NCBI RefSeq assembly: GCF_000341895.1
Contig: NC_020409.1
Coordinates: forward strand, 3,028,411 to 3,060,410
From: Pseudodesulfovibrio piezophilus C1TLV30
GTDB lineage: Bacteria; Desulfobacterota; Desulfovibrionia; Desulfovibrionales; Desulfovibrionaceae
Length of the DNA: 32,000 nt
Direction: 5' to 3'
Part shown: positions 18,916 through 27,900 of the stretch, one piece after another
Layout: each line of letters starts with the position of its first letter
Position numbering within the stretch: position 1 is the stretch's first letter
The notes under the pieces: model-generated
The model's database searches: none
The model's input: only the letters and a program-made list of their open reading frames with translations
Told to the model about the DNA's origin: nothing
Program-made: the position numbers and the translations under genes

Positions 18916-18930
18916 GGTGGTCCAACCAAT
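18916..18930. promoter_or_regulatory. Candidate PdhR/LldR-type GntR operator in the divergent promoter region
   Basis: GGTGGTccaACCAAT. It matches the FadR-subfamily core TGGT-N3-ACCA, and the right half equals the PdhR-box half-site ACCAAT. A displaced ATTGG lies at 18908-18912. It sits about 145 bp from both divergent start codons. Confidence 0.4.
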
Positions 18931-19072
18931 CAAGCCGTGAACCGTGAGGTGTCGGGACACGAGATATTGAGAGGGGGCCAGTCCGGTTCGAGGCGGGGAT
19001 GATTCTCGTGGTAAGGTCCTTTGAGTACCTCGCCTTGGCCGGGCCAGAAAAAAGCATGGAGCAGAACTGTTT

Positions 19073-19768
19073 ATGGATGTCAAACCTGTCAATCGAAAAT
19101 CCATCTACGAGGATATCGTTCACCAGATTCGATCTATGATTGATCGTGGCGAACTTGCCCCCGGAGATAAATTGCCACCCGAGCGCAAACTCGCAGAGTT
19201 GTTTTCCGTGTCGCGGAATACGGTTCGTGAAGCGATCAAGGCCCTTGCCGAGCAGAATATTCTTGAAAGCCGTCAAGGTGCTGGAACATTTGTGTGCGAA
19301 GGGGAACAGGAGAGTTTTCTGACGACTTTTGCCGGGGCCATTTTGCGAAAGCAACCTGGACTGGCCGATGTTTTTGAGGTCAGAAAGCTCCTTGAGCCGG
19401 AAATTGCCGCCCTTGCCGCACGGAATGCGTCCCAGGACGAGTTGACCAGGATGGAAGGGGTCTTGATTGAACAGGAAGAAGCCATGCGGGAGGGAAAGCC
19501 TGCCGGTCGGCTGGACCAGCGACTTCACGAGTTGCTGGCACAGGCTTCGCGAAACGAAGTCATGCTGGCCATGGTTGTGGCTTTGCACGATGATCTTTCC
19601 GAAAGTCGAGTGGAGGCTCTTCAGTCCAGAGAAAGGCAGGAGGCCTCGCTGGCCGCGCATCGAGCCATTATCGACGCCGTTCGACTTGGGCATGTGATGC
19701 AGGCTGAAAAGGCCATGCGGGAACATCTTGAAGAGGTAGAACAAATAGTTTTAGCCAAACATGATTAA
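19073..19768 (+). CDS. GntR-family transcriptional regulator, FadR/FCD subfamily
   Basis: 231 aa. Winged helix-turn-helix LPPERKLAELFSVSRNTVREAIKALAEQNIL. All-helical FCD-type C-terminal domain (FEVRKLLEPEIAALAA...H..I..A). Confidence 0.88.
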   Translation: MDVKPVNRKSIYEDIVHQIRSMIDRGELAPGDKLPPERKLAELFSVSRNTVREAIKALAEQNILESRQGAGTFVCEGEQESFLTTFAGAILRKQPGLADVFEVRKLLEPEIAALAARNASQDELTRMEGVLIEQEEAMREGKPAGRLDQRLHELLAQASRNEVMLAMVVALHDDLSESRVEALQSRERQEASLAAHRAIIDAVRLGHVMQAEKAMREHLEEVEQIVLAKHD

Positions 19769-19789
19769 CACTTCACTCAGAGAGGAAAC

Positions 19790-20812
19790 ATGAAAGAGAT
19801 CAAGGAAAAAGCGCGGGAATTGATGAAGGGGTTTTGTCGGGTCTGTAAAGTCTGCGACGGCAAAGCGTGTGCCGGAGAGGTTCCAGGTATGGGAGGGCTC
19901 AATACGGCAGCCTCCTTCAAGAACAATATTGAAGCGCTGGCTCAGATTCGATTGAATATGCGCCTGTTGCATGCTGCAAGTGAGCCGGACTGTCGATGTA
20001 CGGTCCTTGGGTATGACCTTGCCATGCCCGTGATTGCAGCGCCTATAGGCGGTGTTTCTTTCAATATGGGTGGAGCGGTGAGTGAAGAGGAATATGCCGA
20101 TGCTGTGGTCGGAGGCAGCAAAGCTGCCGGTGTCATTGGCTGTGTCGGGGATGGAGTTCCTCCATTCATTCATGAAGCAGGTAACGCTGCTGTCGTGAAA
20201 AACGACGGCCACGGAATTCCTTTCATCAAACCATGGGAAGGGGATGAAATGCTGGAAAAGTTCGAAGTGGCTCGTAAAACCGGCTGTTCGACCTTTGGCA
20301 TGGATGTTGACGCAGCCGGACTCATCACCCTGCGTCAGATGGGACGCCCTGTCTCACCCAAATCACCTCAGGAACTGAAAAACCTTATTGATCTGGTTCA
20401 CGATTGGGACGCGAAATTTATTCTCAAGGGAATCATGACGCCGGATGAAGCAAAACTCGCTGTTGAAGTAGGCGCTGATGCCATTGTCGTCTCCAACCAT
20501 GGAGGACGCGTGCTTGATCATACACCTGGCACTGCTGCGGTTCTACCCGGTGTGGCCCAGGCCGTTTCCGGTAAACTTGATATTCTTGTTGATGGCGGTA
20601 TTCGTGACGGTGCGGATGTTCTCAAGATGCTTGCTCTGGGAGCTGATGCCGTCATGATAGGGCGTCCCATATCCGTGGCTGCCGTTGGCGGGCTTCAGGA
20701 TGGAGTCGAAAAGTATTACGCCACTCTCAAGGGGCAATTGCTCCAGGCTATGGTCCTGACGGGGTCTCAGACAATTGCGGACATTACTCCGCGCGTCATT
20801 TTCAACGGATAA
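19790..20812 (+). CDS. FMN-dependent alpha-hydroxy-acid dehydrogenase/oxidase family protein with N-terminal Cys4 motif
   Basis: 340 aa. FILKGIMT (catalytic Lys region), VVSNHGGRVLD (His/Arg) and DGGIRDGADVLKMLALGADAVMIGRP (FMN phosphate site). N-terminal CRVCKVCDGKAC. GAGG lies 4-5 nt before the ATG. Confidence 0.85.
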   Translation: MKEIKEKARELMKGFCRVCKVCDGKACAGEVPGMGGLNTAASFKNNIEALAQIRLNMRLLHAASEPDCRCTVLGYDLAMPVIAAPIGGVSFNMGGAVSEEEYADAVVGGSKAAGVIGCVGDGVPPFIHEAGNAAVVKNDGHGIPFIKPWEGDEMLEKFEVARKTGCSTFGMDVDAAGLITLRQMGRPVSPKSPQELKNLIDLVHDWDAKFILKGIMTPDEAKLAVEVGADAIVVSNHGGRVLDHTPGTAAVLPGVAQAVSGKLDILVDGGIRDGADVLKMLALGADAVMIGRPISVAAVGGLQDGVEKYYATLKGQLLQAMVLTGSQTIADITPRVIFNG

Positions 20813-20858
20813 CCATAACATCCGGCCCGTTTCGTTTTGAAGCGGGCCATGGGGAATC

Positions 20859-21659
20859 ATGATTACCACCTATCTCCTCTATATCATCCTTGGTGCGTTT
20901 GCCGGTGTCTTTGCAGGGCTTCTCGGTATTGGTGGCGGGCTTGTCATTGTGCCCATGCTCAATATCGCCTTCGAGTTACAGAATTTCCCGGATGTTCACA
21001 TCCAGCACGTGGCATTGGGGACTTCGTTGGCAACTATTATCTTTACGTCCATGTCCAGTATGCGTGCTCATCACAAACGTGGGGCCATCAACTATTCGGC
21101 CTTTTGGAGGCTGACGCCCGGTATCATCACCGGAACCTTCCTTGGCGCGTGGTTTGCCTCGATTCTATCGACCATGTTTCTGAAGGCATTGTTCGGAATT
21201 TTCCTTTTCTACGTAGCCACGCAAATGCTCACAGGCAAGAAAGCGTCAGCTTCTCGGGAATTGCCCGGAGCAGCGGGAATTTTCGGTGTGGGAAACGGTA
21301 TCGGGATATTTTCTGCTTTGGTCGGTATCGGCGGTGGTACGCTGACAGTTCCTTTTCTCTCCTGGTGCAACCAAACCATGCATACGGCCATTGCCACGGC
21401 GGCGGCGGTGGGGTTGCCCATTGCCTTGGTCGGAACAACCGGTTTCATAATTAATGGTCTTGGTGTTGAAGGAATTCCCGGTCCTCATGTCGGATATATT
21501 TATATCCCGGCTTTTCTCGGCATCATATCCACGAGTATATTGACCGCTCCTCTTGGGGCGAAATTGGCTCATTCCCTGCCGGTAGACAAGCTTAAGCGGA
21601 TTTTTGCTCTTTTGCTCTATGTCGTAGGCACGAAGATGTTGTGGAGTGCCTTCATGTAG
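20859..21659 (+). CDS. TauE/SafE (DUF81) family anion transporter
   Basis: 266 aa polytopic protein. GLLGIGGGLVIVPML near the N-terminus and the repeated GIGGGTLTVPFL in the second half are typical of the family. Confidence 0.85.
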   Translation: MITTYLLYIILGAFAGVFAGLLGIGGGLVIVPMLNIAFELQNFPDVHIQHVALGTSLATIIFTSMSSMRAHHKRGAINYSAFWRLTPGIITGTFLGAWFASILSTMFLKALFGIFLFYVATQMLTGKKASASRELPGAAGIFGVGNGIGIFSALVGIGGGTLTVPFLSWCNQTMHTAIATAAAVGLPIALVGTTGFIINGLGVEGIPGPHVGYIYIPAFLGIISTSILTAPLGAKLAHSLPVDKLKRIFALLLYVVGTKMLWSAFM

Positions 21660-21673
21660 CGTATCCCACCGGG

Positions 21674-23044
21674 ATGCTCACACGATGGAACGCTCGTAAC
21701 GGCTACCGAGAGTCGTTGACTCTCGGTATGCCTTTGGTCGTCAGTATGATGTCATCGACAGTGATGACTTTTACTGATCGGATATTCTTGGGAAATTATT
21801 CCCTTGAAGCACTTGGTGCCTCTCTCCCTGCAAGTATTCTTGCTTTCCTTTTTCTGTCTTTTTTTATCGGAGTGGTTGAATACACCGGTGTCTTTGTCTC
21901 TCAGTACACGGGGGCAGGGAAACTGGAGCGTGTCGGGGCTGCGCTCTGGCAGGGACTTTGGTTTTGTCTCCCTGCGTGCCTGGTGTTGGTGATTCTCTGG
22001 TTTTTGGCTGTTCCTCTTTTTGATTTCGGCGGGCACCCGGTGCCCATTCGAAGATTGGAGGTCATTTATTTTAGAATCCTGATCCTTGGAAATATTCCAG
22101 CCCTGATCGGGATATGTCTTTCCTGTTTCTTTTCCGGGAGAGGGTTGACCAAGCCTCTCATGCTTATCAACCTGATTGCGGCCGGAATTAATATCCCTTT
22201 GGATTACTGTCTGATAAATGGATTTGGTCCATTCCCCGAGCTTGGTATTGCCGGTGCCGGGTTAGCGACTGTTTGCGGGTTTACCTTTCCGGCCATCTGT
22301 TTCGCTTTTTTGGTTTTTACCAAGAAGAATGAATCACTGTACCGGGTTCGGTCTGCCTACAAGCTGGATCGCCGTCTTTTCCTCCGCTTCCTGCGGTTTG
22401 GTATGCCTGGAGGATTGCAGTTTTTTCTCGATATGTTCGGCATTTCCTTTTTTGTATTCATGGTCGGGCGGATTGGCCCTGTAGAACTTGCCGCAACCAA
22501 TATAGCTATCTCCATCGATACGCTGGCTTTTCTGCCCACCATAGGAATGAGTATTGCCGCAAGCATCATGGTGGGGCAGGCCATGGGCAGGAAATCTCCA
22601 GACCAGGCCGCATTTGCGACACATTCTGTTTTGCACCTGGCCCTGGCATACATGGGTGGGATGGGAATATTGTTTCTTCTCATGCCGGAAATGCTCATGG
22701 AGCTTTTCAGAACCCATGAATCTTCAGGGACGGACTTTACCGAAGTTGTCACTATGGGGACAGTCCTTCTGCGGTATGTCGCTGTCTTTACCTTGATAGA
22801 TGCCGTGGCGCTCGTTTATATCGGTGCCTTGAAGGGAGCAGGTGATACCCGGTTCATTATGTTGACCATGGGCTGCGCTTCGTTTGGATGTATTGTTTTG
22901 CCCATTATGGTCATGAACCAGCTGGGTATCCAGTCCATTCACGGTCCTTGGCTGTGCCTGCTCACCTATGTCCTGATTCTGGCTGTGACATTCATGGTTC
23001 GATTTCGGCAAGGTTCGTGGCGGACTCTGGAAGTTATAGAGTAA
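21674..23044 (+). CDS. MATE-family efflux transporter
   Basis: About 456 aa with 12 predicted TM segments. The N-terminus (ESLTLGMPLVVSMMSSTVMTFTDRIFLG) and the mid-protein repeat (FLRFGMPGGLQFFLDM) are typical MATE. The track start at 21641 is a GTG that overlaps TauE; ATG at 21674 is preferred. Confidence 0.85.
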   Translation: MLTRWNARNGYRESLTLGMPLVVSMMSSTVMTFTDRIFLGNYSLEALGASLPASILAFLFLSFFIGVVEYTGVFVSQYTGAGKLERVGAALWQGLWFCLPACLVLVILWFLAVPLFDFGGHPVPIRRLEVIYFRILILGNIPALIGICLSCFFSGRGLTKPLMLINLIAAGINIPLDYCLINGFGPFPELGIAGAGLATVCGFTFPAICFAFLVFTKKNESLYRVRSAYKLDRRLFLRFLRFGMPGGLQFFLDMFGISFFVFMVGRIGPVELAATNIAISIDTLAFLPTIGMSIAASIMVGQAMGRKSPDQAAFATHSVLHLALAYMGGMGILFLLMPEMLMELFRTHESSGTDFTEVVTMGTVLLRYVAVFTLIDAVALVYIGALKGAGDTRFIMLTMGCASFGCIVLPIMVMNQLGIQSIHGPWLCLLTYVLILAVTFMVRFRQGSWRTLEVIE

Positions 23045-23426
23045 CACGATCGGGATGGGTGAAGCCCGGATTTGAAGAGAAGGGTGACTGTCAACCTCAT
23101 CTGCTCTCATGGTATAAGGGGAAAAAACACATTGGGGCTGTTGCATCTCAGTTCACGATCTATGCGTGAGCGTGTCTCTGCTCAAGTTTGTGATTCTGTC
23201 AGAATGCTTTTTATACGGGCACAAGTCTTTTCCTATGGAAGAGGAAATGGGTTGTGGTGGATGCCCTCAATATGTTTTCTATAAATGATGAAAAGACAGA
23301 AGGGGCGACCGTCAGGGCGGGATTGTCAGATGACTTCGTTTTCGACTTAAGAAATATTCTCTTGAGAATTGTATTCACGCTTTCGGTGAAAGCGCTAGAT
23401 ATTATGAAAAATATTTTTCCAGAAAC

Positions 23427-23467
23427 AATCCCCCGGAAACCGATGTCTACGGGGGATTCGTTTTATT
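23427..23467 (+). terminator. Strong hairpin plus T-rich tail in the MATE/TolC convergent spacer
   Basis: AATCCCCCG-gaaaccgatgtcta-CGGGGGATT followed by CGTTTTATT on the plus strand. On the minus strand it is followed by GTTTCTGG, so it may also serve TolC, which ends 70 nt away. Confidence 0.5.
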
Positions 23468-23536
23468 CGTCAATAATTATGGAAAACGTTTTGGTGGCAT
23501 CAGCCACATCTCTTTTAGTTTTCTTATCAGTTCGTT

Positions 23537-24862
23537 TTATTGGGGCAGGGTGTCGTATGTCGTGTCTGCGACTTCGAGTGTCTTAACCAGTTCACCCTCA
23601 AGGGCAAGGAACTTGTAGAGGGAAAAAGTACGGTTTGACTTGGCGGTTTCAAGCAGGACAGAGTTGCTAAAGACCTCGTTGATGGAGTCAAGAACATCAA
23701 GCAATGAGCGTTGACCAACGTTGAATTGCATCAGATACATATCACGGGATTCCATGCTGTACTGAAGCGCTTCTGTATGTTTTTCAATTGTTTCGATTGA
23801 TGTTTCATAATCGGACCAAGCCGTCTTCACCTGACGGGTGAGATCGTCGATGATGTTTTCCAAATCAGCCTTGGCTTCATTGACACGGGCATCGGCTTCC
23901 TTGATCTCATTATAGTCGGTACCGCCGTTGAAAAGATTCCAAGAGACAGCCAGCATGGCCCTGTCGTCTCTGAGATGCGTCTCCGAACCGTCCAGATGAT
24001 CAGTATGGCGCGAGCTGAGTTGAACGTCTACATTGGGGAGCATATCTGATTCAGTTCTTCCCTTGTCCCGTTCGGAAACATCGACTTCTGCTTTGTACGT
24101 TTTGATCTTGGGGTTGTTGTCCAATGTCTTTTCCAACACGTCGGAAAAGGCTGCGGGAATGAAATCAGGACTGAAAGTGGCATCGTCAAGAACCGTCGGT
24201 GTTAGGCCGGTGATGCGGTAGTATTCGGATTCTGCAGTTGCCAGGCTTCCTTTGTAGGTGATCAACGTCGTTTCAGCTCGAGCAACACGGCCTCTGGCCT
24301 GCATTTCGTCGGCCTTGCTTCCGGCTCCGCCTTCCACACGCTCGACAATCGACCCGAGGACGTCCTGGTGGGCGGCAATGTTGACTTTGGCCAATTCCAT
24401 GAGCTTGCGCTCACGAACTATATCGATATGCGCTCTGATAGCATCGAGACCGACGCTTTCAACATTGTCAATGAGGCGAAATTTGGCAGAATCAAGACGC
24501 GCTTCAGACCCCTGATACTCATTGTAGCGGTCCATTCCATCAAAAACATTCTGCGTGAGACTGACAGTCGTGTCCGAAGTGCTACGGAACTGATTGTTGA
24601 TGCTATTGGCTCGAGTGGTCGCACTGTCATAACGCTGGTATCCGATGTCGGAACTCAGGTTGAGGGACGGGAAGAAGCGACCGAGTGAGGCTGCAAGATT
24701 TCGGGAGAGCGCTTCACGGTTATAAAGCAAGGATTTGATCTGAGGATGATGTTTGACTGCTGCGATAACACTCTCCTTGACGGAGGTTGTTCCATCAACA
24801 TCGGCTAAGGCTGGAGTTGTTATAACAAGAGCGCATAGAGCAGCAAATATAAATCTTTTCAT
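23537..24862 (-). CDS. tolC: TolC-family outer-membrane efflux/type I secretion protein
   Basis: 441 aa. Signal peptide MKRFIFAALCALVITTPALA. Two internally similar halves rich in coiled-coil heptads, with a typical OEP-family N-terminal block (SVKESVIAAVKHHPQIKSL...). Confidence 0.85.
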   Translation of the reverse strand: MKRFIFAALCALVITTPALADVDGTTSVKESVIAAVKHHPQIKSLLYNREALSRNLAASLGRFFPSLNLSSDIGYQRYDSATTRANSINNQFRSTSDTTVSLTQNVFDGMDRYNEYQGSEARLDSAKFRLIDNVESVGLDAIRAHIDIVRERKLMELAKVNIAAHQDVLGSIVERVEGGAGSKADEMQARGRVARAETTLITYKGSLATAESEYYRITGLTPTVLDDATFSPDFIPAAFSDVLEKTLDNNPKIKTYKAEVDVSERDKGRTESDMLPNVDVQLSSRHTDHLDGSETHLRDDRAMLAVSWNLFNGGTDYNEIKEADARVNEAKADLENIIDDLTRQVKTAWSDYETSIETIEKHTEALQYSMESRDMYLMQFNVGQRSLLDVLDSINEVFSNSVLLETAKSNRTFSLYKFLALEGELVKTLEVADTTYDTLPQ

Positions 24863-24945
24863 AGGTTATCCGATGTTTTGTAAAAGTGTCCGTGAATATT
24901 GAAAAGGTTTTTAGCTTTATTTCTATGAAAAATCAACCTCAATCC

Positions 24946-24978
24946 CAAAAAAAGCCCGACTCCATTTGGAGCCGGGCT
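24946..24978 (-). terminator. Rho-independent terminator of the giant RTX gene
   Basis: Minus strand: GCCCGGCTCC-AAAT-GGAGTCGGGC followed by TTTTTTT, about 16 nt after the stop at 24994. Confidence 0.85.
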
Positions 24979-24993
24979 TTGGTATGAGCGGGT

Positions 24994-27900
24994 TTATGAG
25001 TTGTGACCGGAGTCGATCATGTACTGAATGAGGTCATCTGAATGGGTTGCGGCATCAACCCCGGTGGAGTGGCTGTCAAGATCGGTCTGAGTCACACCCA
25101 GGAGCTTGACGATGACATTATTATCGTGGTCGTCACCCACCAGAACCTGAGTATATTGGATGGAATTTTCCGTTACCGTGGTAATATCCTTGACCGACAT
25201 TCCGTCACCCATTTCCAGAGCATCGGTGCCGACAACGAAGTCATTGACCACGATTTCGCTGTGCGACTGGTTGAGAGCAGACTGGTCGATGAACAGTGTG
25301 TCATTTCCATCGCCAGTGGTGACGACATTATGGCCGCTTCCGGCATTGATGAAGTCATTGCCGGAGCCAGCGTCAATGGTGTCGTTGCCGCCTCCGCCGT
25401 ATATGAAGTCGTTTCCTTCTCCGCCGATCAGAATGTCGTTGCCATCTCCGCCGTATATGGCGTCGTGTCCGGCTCCACCATCTATGTAATCACCTGTCAT
25501 ATGAGAGCCGTAGTGATTGTGGTGTCCGCTGTCACTGGTATTGTCCACAGCCATGATGAAGTCATCTCCGGGGGTGCCGAGCAGCGTATCCGCATGATGG
25601 GTGCCGAGGATTTCGGAATCGAATTCGCGGTGAACCTGAACATCATCTAGCAGAATGCCGAATGTGTCATTATGATCGCCATGTTCGGTGAAGAGCAGCT
25701 CCGCATGATCGGTCGGTGCCTGGACATCCAGGCTTATGGTGTTCCAGCCGGAGTCGGAACCGTCGTAATCGAAGGTTGTGACCTCTGTGGAACCGGGTTG
25801 TGTGACCTCAAAGACATGGTCAACGGCATTCCAGGCGACAGTGGCAACCAGCACGCCTCCCAATGAGACATCAAAGTCGTTGGTTTCACCAGCTGTCCCG
25901 GGACGCGGGGCAAACGCGAAGCTCAGGTTGACCATCTCTCCTGCCTTGGTCGCGATGATCTGTGACAGGGAGTCCACGTCATTGGCGGAATCCAATTCAA
26001 TGAACTGGTTCCCGTCAGCTGCGTTCTTGCCCATATGGTTATTCCAGATTTCAATATCGCCGTCAGAAGGATTGCTCCAGTTGTCAACGCCATCAGTCTG
26101 TGTCCAGCTGCCGTAAATTCTGTCTGAGGATTCAAAGCTCGGGTTGAGCACGATCTGGCTCGAGACATCCACGTCAACGACAGAGATTGTCGTTGTTGCC
26201 ACGTTGCTGGAAGTGCCGGATTCGTCGAAGAGGGTTACTTCAACGACACGGTCCGTCACGTCGGGGTCAGATGAGGCATGGTTCTCATAGGTGATGGAGT
26301 GAATGGCTTCCTGGTAATCGCTGATGGGCATGGTTCCGGACAGCGTGACCGTGATGGTGTCGCCGTTGTCAACAACCTGTGCGGTGATGCCGTCGGGCAG
26401 GGCGTCCGTGTTGAGAATGTCACCATCGTGGGCGTTGGTGAGGATAATGGTCGCGCTGGACATCCGGCTGGAGTCCTCATCGCTGATGGCCACGTCTCCG
26501 GCAATGGAAACGCCTTCGTGATTTTCAACCCATGTGGTGGCGTAGTCGGATGTGCCGTCATCCACAAGATTCACAGTGGCTGAGATATCATCGAAATCAT
26601 CGTCGTCCCATGTGCCCAATTGGTCATCAACTTCCACCGACAGGGAGCCGTCGGCGTTGGTTTCGAACCGGAAGGAGGCTTCTTCGCCGTTCGGGTTGAA
26701 CTGGGCTATGTCGAATTGAACATCCACGGTGTCGTTGCCCATGGCCAGTGCCCAATTCCCGTTATCCATCACAAAATGCATTTCCGATCCGAGTTGGTCG
26801 GCGGAGAATTCTCCGCCTGCATCGGAAACCAGGAAGAAATGGACGTCCTGGTCTCCTTCGAAGGTCGCGATCACATTATTGAGAATGCTCACATCCTTGC
26901 TGTCAGTGAGAATGATCTCAGGATTGCTCGGAGTGCCGTCTTCCACAAAGTATATGCCGAGCATATTGGTGTAGCCGGCATGTTCGCCATCGTAAACGAC
27001 CTGACTGCCGTCACCGAGATCCAAGACCGGGGCTTCATGCGTGATGGTATCCGGTGCATCATACGTGAGCGTGACTGTGGAGGCGTTCCCTGTCAGGCCA
27101 TCGGAATCAACAGGATAGTACTCAAAGGAATCCCCGCTGCCGAATTCAGCATCGACGGAGCGCAGCTCCCAATTTGAAGAAGAGTCGGAATCCGTGGAGA
27201 ATTCGATACGATCAAAGAGTTGACCGTTGAGGATATCCTGGCCGATGGTGACGACGCTTTCCAGCCCCGATTCAGGGGCGTATACTTCGCCCTGGGCCAC
27301 GATGGTGTCTCCGTTGTAGGCAACCCATGTGGCAGTGGCTCCAACACTGCCTCCCTCGGCAAAGTCAGAGCCGAGACCGTCAAAAGTGACTTCTGCGGTA
27401 GAGACCTGTGCTCCGTCAAAGGCAACTGTGATCACTTCGCCGCTGTTGATGCCGTTTCCGTCATTGTCACCGATGCCGACCCCCATGTGGTTGGGATTCT
27501 CAGCATTGTACTGGGTCAAGGCTCCATCGTTGCTGGAGACGGTCACGGAGATGGTGTCAGATACATGCAGGACACGGGTGTTGGCATCCACTTCCGTTCC
27601 CCAGTTGTCAATGCTCTGGTCGCCCTCATGGCGGGTGCCGAGGAAAACTCCCGTAGCATCCGGTCCGTCGGTACTGTCGGAAGCGACATAATTGATGTCG
27701 TTTACATTATATTCTTGTCCAACCACGATGGCATTGCCGTGATCATCGACCAGGGAACCGTCAGTGGGCAGGCTCTTGATAACCACGGTGTTCACCGAAC
27801 CGTCTTCCACGTCGAGCACATGGCCGCCGAAGTCGATTGCAACGGATTGCCCGTGATCAACATGGGTGGCAAAGCTGTCACTTGTCGGCTCGTTGGTTGT

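Noticed and set aside
18905-19744. A 279-aa minus-strand ORF
   Set aside because: It overlaps essentially the whole GntR regulator gene in antisense. It has no RBS or motifs, while the regulator frame has a textbook winged helix-turn-helix.
23235-23288. A 17-codon Cys-rich micro-ORF (MEEEMGCGGCPQYVFYK), considered as a gene call
   Set aside because: It is too short to support from sequence alone, and all three frames are briefly open here. It is mentioned only inside the spacer finding.
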